Shown: positions 12,951 through 26,194 of the stretch, one piece after another
Layout: each line of letters begins with the position of its first letter
Numbering within the stretch: position 1 is the stretch's first letter
From: the human T2T-CHM13v2.0 reference genome, Homo sapiens
Reading direction: 5' to 3' (one strand)
Assembly: GCF_009914755.1 (NCBI RefSeq)
Contig: NC_060932.1
Length of the DNA: 64,000 bases
The notes under the pieces: generated by a model
What the model saw: only the letters and a program-made list of their open reading frames with translations
What the model was told of the DNA's origin: nothing
The model's database searches: none
Position numbers and translations under genes: made by a program

Positions 12951-15900
12951 CTAATGATTCCTTTTATTTCTATGGTCTCATTTGTTATGTGTCCTGTTTA
13001 ATTTCTGATTTTATTTATTTGTGTCTTCTCTCTTTTTTCTTAGTCTAGCAAAAGGTTTGTCAATTTTGTTTATCTTTTCAAAAAACCTAACTTTTTGTTT
13101 AATTGATTTGTTGGATTTTTTTAGTTTCAATTTCATTTATTTTTGCTCTCATTTTTATTGTTTCTTTCTACTAATTTTGCGTTTGGGTTGTTCTTGCTTT
13201 TCCAGCTCCTGGAAGTGTCATGTTAGGTTGTTTATTTAAAATCTTTCCACTTTTTCGATAGAGGTGCTTGTTGCTATAAATTGCCCTCTTAGTTTTAGTT
13301 TTACTGTATCCCATAGGTTTTAGTATGTTCTATTTCTATTTTCATTTATTTCAAAAAAATTTTTAAATTTCCTTCTTAATTTCTTCATTGACTCATTGGT
13401 CAGTCAGAAACACATTAATTTATGTGTTTGTATATAATTTTCCACAGTTCCTGTTATTGTTGATTTCTAGTTTTATTCCATCGTGGTTAGAAAAAATACT
13501 TAATATAGTTTATACTTTCTTGAATTTGTTGAGACTTGTGTTTTGGCTTAAGACATGGTCTATTCTGAAGAATGTTCCATGTGCTGATGAAAAGAATGTG
13601 TATCCTGCAGCAGTTGGATGAAATGTTCTGTAAATGTCTGTTAGGCTTATTTAGTCTAGTGTGTAGTTCAGCTTTGATCTTTCTTTGCTGATTTTCTGTC
13701 TAAATGATCTGTTCATTACTGAGAGTGGAGTGTTAAACTCCTCTGCTATTGTATTTCAGTGTATCTCTCCCTTTAAATCTATTAATGTTTACTTTATATA
13801 TCTGGGAGCTCCAGCATTGGATGCATATTTATAATTGATTTATTCTTTTGCTAGATTGACTCCTTTCTCTATATAGTAATCTTTTAATCTCTTTTTAAAA
13901 TCTTAGATTTGTGATGTATTTTATCAGATATGAATACAGCACATACTACTCTCTTTGGGTTTCTATTTGCATGAAATATCTTTTCCCACCTCTTCACTTT
14001 CAAACTATGTATATCTTTGAAGGCAAAATGGGTTTCCTGTAGGCAGCATATAGTGGGTCTTTTTTTTTTTTAATTCCATTCAAGCATTCTATGCCTTTTA
14101 ATTGAAAAATTGAGTTTATTTGCATTCAGTGTTACTATTGATAAGTAAGGACTTAATTCTGTCATTTTGTTGCTTATTTTTTAGTTGTTTTGTAACTCTC
14201 CTCTTCCTTTCTTTCTCTTTCCTTCTTTTTTCTTACTGGCTTCCTTTGTGGTTAAGTGATTTTCTCCAGCAGCGTGTTTTAATTTGTGACTTTTTATTTT
14301 TAGTGAATAGATATAACTTTTTGCATTGTTGTTACTGTAAGGCTTACAAAATACCTCTTATAGATATAACAAGTTAAATTAAAGAGATGATAATTTATTT
14401 TAGATCACAAATAAAATAATAGAAACAACTAATAAATGAAAAAACTCGATTTTAATAACATCTCCCATATTTTAACTTCAAGTTTTCTCAATTTATATAT
14501 GTTTATATAGCCTTTCTCTTAACAGATTTTTCTACCTATAATTATTTCTTAGGACTTTTTCTTTTGGGCTTCATACTAGACTTATGACTGGAATGCACAC
14601 CATGATTATAGTATTAGAGCATTCTGAGTTTGTCCATGTGCTTAATTTTACAGTGGATTTTACACCTGCGAATGTTTTCTTTTTTTACACTAGTGTTTTA
14701 TTGTTTCAGATTAAATAACTCCCTTTAGCATTTCTTGTAAGACTGATCTGGTGGTAATGAATTCTCACAGCTTTTTGTTTTCCCTCTCTTTCCTTCATAT
14801 TTGAAGGATAGCTTTGCTGGATACCATATTATTGGATGGCAGTTTTTTCTTTTAGCACTTTCAAAATGTCATATCACTCCTTCCTGGCCTCTATGGTTTT
14901 TATTGAGAGGTCAGTTGCCAAAGAAATTAAAGCTTTTTAATATGTTATTTGTGTCTTTCCCCTTGCTGCTTTTGAAATTCTCTCTACCCCTTGCCCTTGT
15001 ACAATTCCAAGTTGAACACCAATATTTCATAATTTAGTATTTTGAGTACATTTTTATATCTAGTAGGTAATATGTTCCTTTTCATTCTTTTTTCTCCTCT
15101 GACTGTGTATTGTCAAACAGCCTGTCTTTGAGATCTCTAATACTTTCCTCTGCTTGATTCATTCTGCTATTGAGATCCTCTCATAAATTTTTCAGTTCAC
15201 CAAATGTATTTCTCAGTTCCAAGATTTCTGTTTGATATTTTAAATTTACTCTCTTGTTAAATTTTTGATAAATTTCTGAATTGCTTTTCTGTGTTATTTT
15301 AGAGATTAATGAGTTTCCTTGAAACTGCTGTTTTGAATTATTGGTCATAGATATCATATACTGCTGTCTCGTTAAGGTCAGTAACTGGTTCCTTCCTTTA
15401 TCTATTTGGGCAAGTGATAGTTCTCTTTTTGCTTGTTGTTTCTTGTGACACAATGTCTGTGTCTTTTCATTGAAGGATCATTTATTTATTTCAGTCTTTT
15501 CTATCTGGACTGTTTCTATTTTTTTATTGGATATGTTTGCTTAGAGATTCTTTGTAATTTGCCTATTGATTTTCTTTCTTTTTTTTCTGACTTGCTCCCT
15601 ATCTCCTTTTCAGCACTAGATGACAATGTAAGCCCAGGTTTGCCTTGATTTTAGTAAACAATCAGAGTGCTGCCCATCCCATCTCAAAGGTGATAGCTCA
15701 GTAGTGTGGAAAGGCTGGCTAGAAATTCATGCCCAGGGAAGTCTGTGAAACATACTTCCTTCAGCATGGTGCTGCCGAACAGTCACTCTGATTTGACATC
15801 TCGTCTGGCCAAGTTACAAGAGCAGAGTTTCCAGGGCCAGCAATGGCAGTCTCACCTCCTACCTTTGTCTCTGGAAGACCTCAAGAATATTTCTCCCTTC

Positions 15901-16482
15901 AAACACTGCTGATACTTCCTATGAATTGAGGCAGAGACAGGTGTCCCGCCAGGGAAAGGTATCCTTCCACGGAAATCAAGATGGTAGCAAAGCTGGTTGT
16001 CAACCTCAATCTCACCTTTTCCAGTGTAGAAACTGTAAGTTGGTGGAGGGCGGGGGGCAATTTGCTGGGTACTTAGTGCTGGGCAGATTGGGGTCAAGGG
16101 GATCCTGGTTATGGAAACCCAATTCTCTTACCATCTGCTCAAAGTTTTTCCAGTTCTCTGTGGCCCAGGGAGCTGTTTCCTCATATTTGAGTTCTGGCAC
16201 ATTACTGGTGATAACTTTGGCACTGTATATTTGCTTTTGGTTTTCTGTAGGGGAGAGTGAAGCCAGTTTACTTCTACACATCATTTTGGAACCAGAAGTC
16301 TTCCAGAATGTGGGAATTAATTTTGAAAAATGTTTATTTAGAAAATCATTTCATGAGGAAGAAGAAAAAAGATGGAAAATAAATCCTAATTGACTATAGT
16401 TTCCCAGTGATAAAGAATGCTCCTAACATCTTTTATTAGATAACTAAGCTCAATAAGTCATCTATTTCATAGAGTAGCTTAT

Positions 16483-16483
<1 letters not shown>

Positions 16484-16519
<36 letters not shown>
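16484..16519. repeat. T36 homopolymer
   Basis: Read directly. Confidence 0.95.
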
Positions 16520-17229
16520 CAGAATCCAGCATAAATATGGGTGAAACTGAATTGTTATTTCCTCCCATCCTCCCAGTTCTTGGTCAAATAGAAAAAGTTG
16601 GATAGAATAAAAAGCCTTTACCTGAATAAATAAGAAAAAAACTCATGAAAATATTGGATAAAATATATAAATCTATATTTATATTTATGCATACACACAC
16701 ACACACACACACACACATCCAAGTAGGAGTCATTGTGAAAATTCTCTTTCAAATCTAATTAATGATAGTTTTTGATATAATCCTGTACTCTGTCCTATTG
16801 AAATCCTCAAAATATATTTCAGAACTGATGACTAAGATTTTTATTTGTCTAATTTTAGGAATTTTAATGAGGTTTTGTTCTCCCAAACTTCTGTAAAAAT
16901 GCTTCTGATTCTGCCAATTTGTTCAGATTTTCCAGGAGAAAATCTGCCTTTAATTTTTATGATTTAGTATTTTTCCCAGAACTTTGAATAGAGACTCCAG
17001 TCATACAACAAATTAGTTTGTAAAGAAAAATGAACAAATTGGCAAATAAAATGATTACACAAACCTGCAATACTGAAAAAAAATTTAGCTTATATTTAAA
17101 CGTGTTAGAAAGATTTGTCTTTGTGATGTGAAAAGAACTTTTTATGTCTAAAAATTACAGTAACAAGAAAAATGAAATTTGTCTTTGAGGATTCTTATTT
17201 TTAAAATCTATGCAGAAGGAAAAGTAATT

Positions 17230-17850
17230 TGCAATTACCTAGCACAAGAAAAAATGTACGTACTTTGCAACTTAGAATTTACATTTCCAGAAAATTCTCA
17301 CACATGTGCACAAAAAGATATGTACAAGTGTTCATTTCTGTATTACTAGCAGAAACAAAAGAAAATGCTCATTAATAGAGGGTAGATAAGATATGTTATA
17401 TTTATAAGATGTGATGTAGAATATCAGTTACAACAAAATAAATAAACTTAATGTATCAAAAAATAAAGCTCAAAACAAAATGATAAACAATTTATAAAAT
17501 GATAAGACACTACAAAAACATATGGTACCATTTATGTATATTTATAACAAAACACGCAAAAATTCTAAATACTCTCCAAGAGTGCATATAATGTAGATTC
17601 AAATGTATTAAAAAATTATAAGTATACATATTAAGTTCATAATCATGTTTAATTCAAGGGAAAAGAAAGTGACTAGATTTGAGGGAAGTGCTTCAAATTT
17701 ATCTATAGGTTGTGTTATTGCTTGTACAAAAACAGTTGAAACAAGTATAACCAAATTGTAATAACTTTTCATTCTGGTTGTTGGGTAAATGGTTATCCAT
17801 TATATTGTTATTTGGCTATTTCTTCATTTTAGAATTTCTCAACAATAATC
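17230..17850 (+). mobile_element. Old L1ME 3' fragment
   Basis: AAATTCTCACACATGTGCACAAAAAGATATGTACAAGTGTTCATT resembles the L1ME ORF2 end/3' UTR. Confidence 0.6.
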
Positions 17851-18164
17851 ACACAAAAACCTACATAAATGTAATTAAATGTTAGTTATCTAAGTACAGA
17901 TAATAATAATTTCTTTTATTGATTATTTGTTGTACTTAAACTCCAGCAGCCTTTGTGTAGCAACCAGCAGGATTTGTCTCTTAAGCCTATATGTATCTAG
18001 GATCGCAGGAGTCCCAAAACACTTTATTCAAGATTTCCAAGTCTGAATCCATTTATGAGGGCACTGAGTTTATTGATGAAGCCAGAAGTTGGTCCCAGGA
18101 TTCTTTGAAATTTGGGGAAAAACAAGACAATATTTTGAATCTTTTCTTTCTACAATTAGACTAC

Positions 18165-18507
18165 TTCTGTAATTTCAATATTTGTGTCATCCTAAAATTT
18201 ATATTTTGAAACCTAGTCATCATGTTATGGTATTAAGAGGTAGAGTTGGGGAGGTGATTAGATCATGAGGGTGGAGCCCTCATAAATGAAATTAGTCCTC
18301 TTATGAAAGGGGCCTCAGAGAGCTGTCCCTTCCACCAAATAAGGACACAGAGGGAAGGGAAGGTGCCATTTGCCATCGAACTCCAAATTTGCCAGTGCCT
18401 TGATCTTGATGTTCCCAGCATTCAGAACTGTGAGAAATAAATGTCTGTTGTTCAAAAGCTGCCCACTTTATGGTATTTTGTTATGGCAAGCTGAATAGAC
18501 TAACACA
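18165..18507 (+). mobile_element. MLT1A-like MaLR solo LTR
   Basis: GATCATGAGGGTGGAGCCCTCAT...CAGAACTGTGAGAAATAAAT...GACTAACACA; TSD ACTAC/ACTAT. Confidence 0.85.
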
Positions 18508-18759
18508 ACTATGCTACATCTAGAATCTACTTATTACTTGAGGTAAAACTTAATTTTCAGAAATCATCAAAAATTACTCTTTTGAAATGCCAACAACACA
18601 TAACCCTTTTATTTTCTATAAATTAAGATTTGGAATTTTTCCCAAAATTTTGGTTTGAAATTCGTTGAACTTAGAGAGTTTCCGTTTCATATCCCTAGAC
18701 CCATAAGGAGAACTTATTAGGCATTTTAACAAACGTTAGGCCTCCCCATATCCAAGCTT

Positions 18760-19226
18760 CTCATCATAAAACTTGCCTTCCTACAGTACGTTCCCTGTGT
18801 GGAATTACTCATCAACCATGTGGCCTCCTGGTAAAAATGGTGACTTCCAGTGCTGGCTTCCACTATGGATCATAAAGACACTACATCCTTCTTCATCTTG
18901 TTAGTAGTTGTCCAAAGCTGCAGCACTAAGATATATCTGCCAGAAACTTGAAATATTGAACATGTGGTCTCCAGGAAGGGACAGTGGAAGTAAGACTATT
19001 ATAGGAACTTCTGTGGTGCCAGAACAGTTTTGGCAGCAACAGGAGTATTGGTAAAGCCTATAGCTGCAGCAAATTGGCTGCATAATACTAGTATCAGCAG
19101 CCCCTAAAACTGTGCTTTCTGTTTCTGAGCCAAGTTCTTCAGCCTCAATTTTGTGAAATGAGTAATTTATTTGCTGAAATTTTCCAGAGTTGCTATCTAT
19201 TGCTTGCAACCAAAAACCCACTACAC
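18760..19226 (+). mobile_element. Old ERVL/MaLR-class LTR remnant (family uncertain)
   Basis: Ends TTGCTTGCAACCAAAAACCCACTACA, typical of LTR16/LTR33/MLT1 3' ends; left boundary is a guess. Confidence 0.4.
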
Positions 19227-19484
19227 ATTCAGGATGAATAAAAATGTCCCCAAACAGCCCCAAACAAAAGCCTTTGGGAAACAGATTCTTGCATACATCT
19301 TTTGTCTATGCTTAAAAAGTGGGCATTATACTAACTTTCAAAATTTTTTTTTTTTTAAATTCTACATGCAAAGATGAAGCATCACTAAGAATGCAACTTT
19401 ATTTTAAAAATTATTTCATTTTTCTCTGTGCTAAACAGTCTAAGTTTTCCATGCTAGATTGACAATATGGGAGGGATGTGAAGG

Positions 19485-21952
19485 TATATTAAGCTGTTCC
19501 TCCATTGCTATAAAGAAATACCTGAGACTATGTAATTTGTAAGAGACTGAATGGGCTCACAGTCCTGCAGACTGTACAGGAAGCATGGTGGCATCCACTT
19601 CTGGGGAAGCCTCAGGGAACTTACAGTAGAAGGCAAAGTGGAAGCAGGCCATCTTACATGGTGGGAGTAGGAGCAAGAGAGAGAGAGAGAATAAGGTGGG
19701 AGGTGCTACACACTTTTAAGCAACCAGTTCTCAAGGGAACTCACTATCATGAGGATAGTACAAAGGGGAAATGGTGCTGAAGCATTCATAAAAAATTCAC
19801 CCTTATGATCCAATCACCTCCCACCAGGCCCCACCTCTAACACTGGAGATTACAATTTGACATGAGATTTGGTGGGGGCACAGATCCAAACCATGCACCC
19901 CAAATCTCACGTTCTTATATTGCAAAACACAATCATGACTTCCCAATAGTCTCCCAAAGTCTTAACTCATTCCAATATTAACTCAAAAGTCCAAAGTCTC
20001 ATCTGAGAGAAGGCTGGTCCCTTCTGCTCTGAGCCTGGAAAATAAAAACCAAGTCAGTATTTTCCAAGATACAATGGAGGTATAGGCATTGGGTAAATAC
20101 CCCTATCCCAAAAGAGATAAATCAGCCAATAAAAGAGTCCAGAGGCCCCATGCAAGTTCAAAACCCAGCAGGGCAGTCATTAAACATTAAAGCTCCAAAA
20201 TAACCTTTTTTGACTCTATGTTCACATCCAGGACACACTGTGCCACATCCAGGGCACACTGGTATAGAGGTTGGCTCCCAAGGACTTGGGAAGCTCTGCC
20301 CCTGTGGCTTTATAAGGTTCAACCGCCATGGCTTTCCTTATGGGCTGACGTTGAGTGCCTGTGGCATTTCCAGACACAGGATGCAAACTGCTGGTGGATC
20401 TACCATTCTGGGGTCTGGAGGATGGTGACCCTCTTCTCACAACTCCACTAGGTGATGCCCTAGTGGGGACTCTGTGTGGGAGCTCCAATCCCACATATCC
20501 TCTCTGCATTGCCATAGTAGAGGTTATCCATGAGGGCTCTGCCTCTGCAGCAGAGCTGGGAAATCCAGGCTTTTCCATACATCCTCTGATATCTAAGTGG
20601 AGGCTCCCAAGCCTCAACTCTTGCCCTCTGTGTATTGGCAGGTTTAACACCACGTGGAAGCTGCCAAGGCTTATGGCTTGCACCCTCTGAAGCAGCAGCC
20701 CAAGCTGTGCCTGAGACCCTTTCAGCTATGGCTGGAGCCGGAGCTGGAGCAGCTGGAATGCAGGGAACAGTGTCCTAAGGCTGCACAGGGCAGTGGGGCT
20801 CTGAGCCTTGCTTATGAAACCATTCTTCCTTCCTAGGACTCTGGGCCTGTAATGGGAAGTGCTGTCATGAGGGTCTCTGAAATGTCTTCGAGGCCTTTGC
20901 CCATTGTCTTCCTATTAGCATTGGCTGCTTTTACTCATGAAAATTTCTGCAACCTGCTTCTACAATTCCTCCCCTGAAAATGGGTTTTTCTTTTCTACCA
21001 CATGGCCAGACTGCAAATTTTGCAAACTGTTATGCTCTGCTTCCCCTTTAAATATAAGTTCAAACTTTAGGTCATTCATTTGCTTACATATATGAGAATA
21101 CGTTTTTAGAAGCAACCAGGACACATCTTGAAAACTTTGCTGCTAAAAATTTCTTCCATCAGATACCCTAAATCATCATTCTCAAGTTCAGATTCTGCAG
21201 ATCACTAGGCCATGGGCACAATGCAGCCAATTTCTTCTCTAAGGCATAACAAAAGTAACCTTTGCTCCAATTCCCAATAAATTCTCAGTTCTATCTGTGA
21301 TCTCCTCAGCCTGGACTTCACTGTCCATATCACTATCAGTATTTTGGTCACAACAATTTAACCAGTCTCTAGGAACTTCTAAACTTTTCCTCAGCTTCCT
21401 ATCTTCTTCTGAGCCTTCCACACTCTTCCAACTTCTGCCTGTTACCAATTCCAAAACTGATTCCATATTTTCAGGTGTCTTTATAGCAATGCCCCCACTT
21501 TTTGGTATCAATTTTCAGTATTAGGCTGTTCTCGCATTGCTATAAAGAAATACCTGAGAAGGGGTAATTTATAAGAAAAGAGGTTTAATTGGCTTATGGT
21601 TCTGTAGGCAGTACAAGAAGCATGCTGGCATCTGCTTCTGGGGAGCCCCCAGGAGTTTGTACTTACAGCAGAAGACAAAGTGGGAGCTGTCTTACATGGT
21701 GGGAGCAGGAGCAAGAGAGAGAGAGAACAAGGAAGGAGGAGATGAGACACACTTTTAAACAACCAGATCTCACAAGAACTCACTCACTAATGCGAGGATA
21801 GTACCAAGATAGTACCAAGAGAAGATGGTGCTAAACCGCTCATCAGAATTCCACCCCCATGATTTAATTACCTCTCACTAGGCCCCATCTACAATACTGT
21901 AGATTACAGTTCAACATGAGATTTGCTGGGGACACAGATCCAAACCATATCA
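19485..21952 (-). mobile_element. MSTA MaLR element: LTR (19485-19894), internal region, LTR (~21517-21952)
   Basis: Both LTRs read TATT..GCTGTTC...CATTGCTATAAAGAAATACCTGAGA through CAGATCCAAACCAT; ~1.6 kb internal region; perfect TSD GAAGG at 19480-19484 and 21953-21957. Confidence 0.93.
20222..21511 (-). pseudogene. Disrupted MaLR internal ORF
   Basis: Peptides EGSEEDRKLRKSLEVPRDWLN...DSDMDSEVQAE and PHRVPTRASPSGVVRRGSPSSRPQNGRST match the THE1/MST internal ORF as I recall it; broken into separate ORFs. Confidence 0.75.
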
Positions 21953-22285
21953 GAAGGGAAAAGCATTGCACCAATCTCAGTGCCACATTGATGTCATTGC
22001 TAGGGTGGGAAGTTCACCAAATCAAAGTGGATAACAGAATCTTAAAAAATATAAACAAGAAAAGCTCAAATTAGTTTCTTAATATCAGAGGACTTGGCAA
22101 TAATTGTTTCATAACTAAGAATATAATAGTTCTGGTAGAAACTAATATTCTTGCCTCAGAGTCATAGATAACATGTATAAGTTTGTAAACTTTTCAGTCT
22201 TAACATCACTTTGACTAAAACAACTAATCTCAGAGAAAGTAAAAGTCCTAGATAGGTTAATATTTTAAAGATAGCAGTGTTCCCA

Positions 22286-22694
22286 GTTATTTTGAGCTGA
22301 ATTTTGTCTCCCTCAAATTCAGATGTTGAAGTTCTAGTCTCTAGGACCACACAATATGACTGTATTTTTATATAGGGCCTTTAAAGAGGTGATTATGTTA
22401 AAATGAGGCCACTGGGGTGGGTCCTGATTTAATCTGACCAGAGTCTTTTTAAGAAGAGAACATTTGGACACACAAAGAGACATCAGAGATGTGTGCGCGC
22501 AGAGAAAAGACCATATGTGGACACAGCTACAAGATGGTCATCTGTAAGCAAAGGAGCAAGCTTCAGGAGAAACCAGACCTGCTGTTGTCTTGATTTGGAA
22601 TTTCTAGCTTCCATAATTGTGATACAATACATTTTTTTTGTTTAAGCCACCCAGTCTGTGGTGTTTTGTTATAGCTGCCCGGGTAACTGGTACA
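22286..22694 (+). mobile_element. MLT1B-like MaLR solo LTR
   Basis: ATAGGGCCTTTAAAGAGGTGATTATGTTAAAATGAGG...TTTAAGCCACCCAGTCTGTGG. Confidence 0.85.
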
Positions 22695-22902
22695 GTAGTA
22701 TAGGTGGGTTTTTGATCACTAATAAATAAAATATTTTAACAAATGAGATTCAAATTATTCTTTGAATCTGGTGTAGAATAGAGAGCCTCAAATTGAAAGA
22801 CGTATCAAGAAAGCAATTAAATGTGATATAATATGATAAAATAAAATATTGGGCTATGGTTTTATTGTTTTGTATTTATGTACATGTATCATAATTGCTT
22901 AA

Positions 22903-23227
<325 letters not shown>

Positions 23228-23519
23228 TGATTCTTGGATATTTTAATGTATGGTGGCCAATTCTTCTAGGGAAAGGATAGACTTCTGTTTAAAGAATTAA
23301 GCTCTTTCTACATTCTTTTTAACTTGTTCTTTCTTTTGCAATATGTTGATTGTAAATGGTAGAAATTTTTGTTCCTTCACTAATATTAACTTCCCTGACT
23401 TAATAAAATAACAAGTTTATAACCTTCTGTCAGAGTTGGTAGGAGAACTTTAACCCCCTAAGAAAAAACAACTAAAATAATTCTCTGTAGAGTTTAGCTT
23501 TAAAAAATAAATGGCAATG

Positions 23520-23830
23520 GGCCAGGTATGGTGGCTCATGGCTATAATCCCAATGCTGTGGGAGGCCAAGGCAGAGGATTGCTGGTGCCCAGGAGTTTGA
23601 GACAAGCATGGATAACATAGCAAGACACAGTCTCTACCAAAAAAAAAAAAAGAAAATTAGATGGGCACGGTGGTTTGGTGTGTAGTCCCAGTTACTCAGG
23701 AGGATGAGGTGGGAAGGTCGCTTGAGCCCAGAAGTTCAAGACTGTAGTGAACTATGATCACACCACTTTACTCCAGCCTGTGTGACAGAGTGAAACTCTG
23801 TTTCTAAAATAAAGTAAAATGTAAAATAAA
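23520..23830 (+). mobile_element. AluJ
   Basis: GGCCAGGTATGGTGGCTCATG...CGCTTGAGCCCAGAAGTTCAAGACTGTAGTGAACTATGATC, then an A-rich tail. Confidence 0.92.
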
Positions 23831-24369
23831 ATATTAGTGGATTCATGTGGGAGATAGTAAGTAAAAGCATAGTCATTTACTACTTAGCTCATTTATCAAG
23901 AATAAAAATGCAAAAAAAATCAGCAATAAAATGATAGTCAAATAGTTTGCAGGAATTAAAAAAATGATATAAAGTAGAATTCATCAGAATGTCTTTAATT
24001 CCTAGCTTATGAAATCTTCGTACTTTGACTTAGACATGTAGTAAGTCAACATGTTTGTTGTGCTGTCTATAACAGGCACTCAATAAATATTAGAGTCCTT
24101 TCTTTCTTCCCTTATGTAAACATTCAGGAATCATAGAATTTTAAGAAATCACTTAGTGAAAAGCAAAGACAATTTTTTTAAAGGAGAAAAATATTTAAAG
24201 TAACATTAACATAAACAAAATTATTTTTAAATATTTGGACATATCAAGCAGCAAAAAGCAGTAAGTAAAAGAGGATAGATGAGAGATATCATGGTTTATA
24301 TGTCTGTGCAGATAAAGTCTATTTGAAATGTATATGAATAATTTGAATTTTATATGCAAATAAGTACCA

Positions 24370-24720
24370 TTTTTGAAGGATTTGAAGATGGAAGTGATGT
24401 GGCCAAAGCAATGCATTTGCAAGATTATTTTGGCAGCAGTGTCTGGCAACATGTTGTAGAAATACAAACACATGTAGGAGGGGTGAGACTACATACGTGG
24501 AGGTTGGAGAGGTGAGATGAAATCAACCAGATGTGCAATATGCCACTGTGAAAACAGAGAAAAGAATGTTTGAAGGAAGAAACACTGAGTTTTTTCAGGT
24601 GGGTTCCAAAATAACACTAAGTGGTTGATTTTATGATGTGGAATCTTAAAAAAAAAAAAATAGATGGCAAAGTAAAGAACCAGAGAGCAAAAAGATAAAG
24701 ATGTGAACATCTGGTAACAT
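24370..24720 (-). mobile_element. L2 LINE fragment
   Basis: GGAAGTGATGTGGCC...AAGATTATTTTGGCAGCAGTGT resembles antisense L2. Confidence 0.5.
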
Positions 24721-24939
24721 AAGTAAAATATTTGGAATGAAGTGAATAATTTATTTACATTGTGGAAGTCTTTAAAGTAATTAAACATGAGCAAAATATT
24801 TTTATTTCTAGTTTCTTAATGCAAGATTATTAATTTTTGCCATATATAATTCTAACTATACATATATATGTATGTGTGTGCATATATACATATATGTGTA
24901 GAGTTAGGTACACATATACCTACAGTGTTATATACAATC

Positions 24940-25560
24940 TCTATATATTTTAAGAATATATATTTTAATTAACTATGCCTCTCAAATATTTGCCACATCA
25001 TTAAATATTCTACAACAGCATTTATCATACATTATCCTGGTAACCCTGTACCACGAGACCTTAAATTATCTATAAACATAGTTTTCCTATTTTTAGAAGG
25101 ATTTCATTCAATATCTCTTGCATCCTTCTCTGTGGAGAAACACAAGGAATGTTAGACTATTACCTTATGTGATATTTATTGACACATAAATATATTATAT
25201 AATTTGCTGGACTGAGATACTTATTTTTTTTCCATAGGATTCTTTCCAAAGATCAATGTTTCTGAATACATGCTTGGGAAATATTGTTATATTTTATGTC
25301 TATATTCTATTCCATTCTATATAGTATATTTAATTAATCCATTATTAATGGACTTTAAGGTTTTTTTATTTACTTAGCATTAAGGTGGATTATCCTTGTA
25401 TCTGTAAGTTTTAATAATTAATTGATTATTCTCTTATGGTCCTTTTCTAGTCAAGAACTTAGAAAAACTTTACACAAATAATTATAGGTTTGAGGATGTA
25501 TTGTTATATTACCCTTCAGAAAGTATATACTAATTTATATTCCTGTCAGCATTATTTGTA
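24940..25560 (-). mobile_element. Old L1ME fragments
   Basis: AATCCATTATTAATGGACTTTAAGG...CCCTTCAGAAAGTATATACTAATTTATATTCCTGTCAGCA. Confidence 0.45.
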
Positions 25561-25724
25561 TATCTGAAAATTTAATAGTCAACTTTGAACTGATTTTGAA
25601 AAACAAAGGACTTATCTAAACTATAAAGCTAGAGTTATGGCATAGATACAGATGTTTTAAATTTATTTTTGCTTTAATATTAATATTTCTTATTACTTTT
25701 TGTTGTAATAAGTAAAATTTTCAG

Positions 25725-25863
25725 GAAGATATAGTTACACTGAAAATCAGAGCTGGAAGAGATTTCCCCAAAGCCACACAGTTAGTAAGCAACAAAGATG
25801 GTTCTAGAACCAAGTCTCCTTGGCATCTATCTTGTTCTCTAAACCACTTAGCCATACTACTTC
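25725..25863 (-). mobile_element. MIR SINE
   Basis: CCCAAAGCCACACAGTTAGTAAG...CTAGAACCAAGTCTCCT. Confidence 0.7.
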
Positions 25864-25939
25864 ATAAGAGAGAATTTCCAAATCATGGAGTCAAACCTAG
25901 CCAATAACTGGCAAAGTGCTAAATTATAATCACCACATC

Positions 25940-26055
25940 ACACAGTAAAGTCCAGAAATTTAGGCTGTATTTATAACTCTGCCATTCCCCACTTATGTGA
26001 ACTTACACACCTAATTTACCAAGGTTTTAGTTTTTTTTGTATAAAATGCAATCAG
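25940..26055 (+). mobile_element. MIR SINE (degenerate)
   Basis: CTCTGCCATT...TATGTGAAC...TAGTTTTTTTTGTATAAAATG. Confidence 0.45.
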
Positions 26056-26194
26056 TTCCCTATAGTTCAAACATCCTATAAATAATGAATGTGAGTAAAA
26101 ATGTTATACCTACTTACATATAAATTTCTTTAAATTATTTATAATTGCATTAGTGTTTATACATTTCAATAACTTTCTTTTTAAAAATTTTGAA

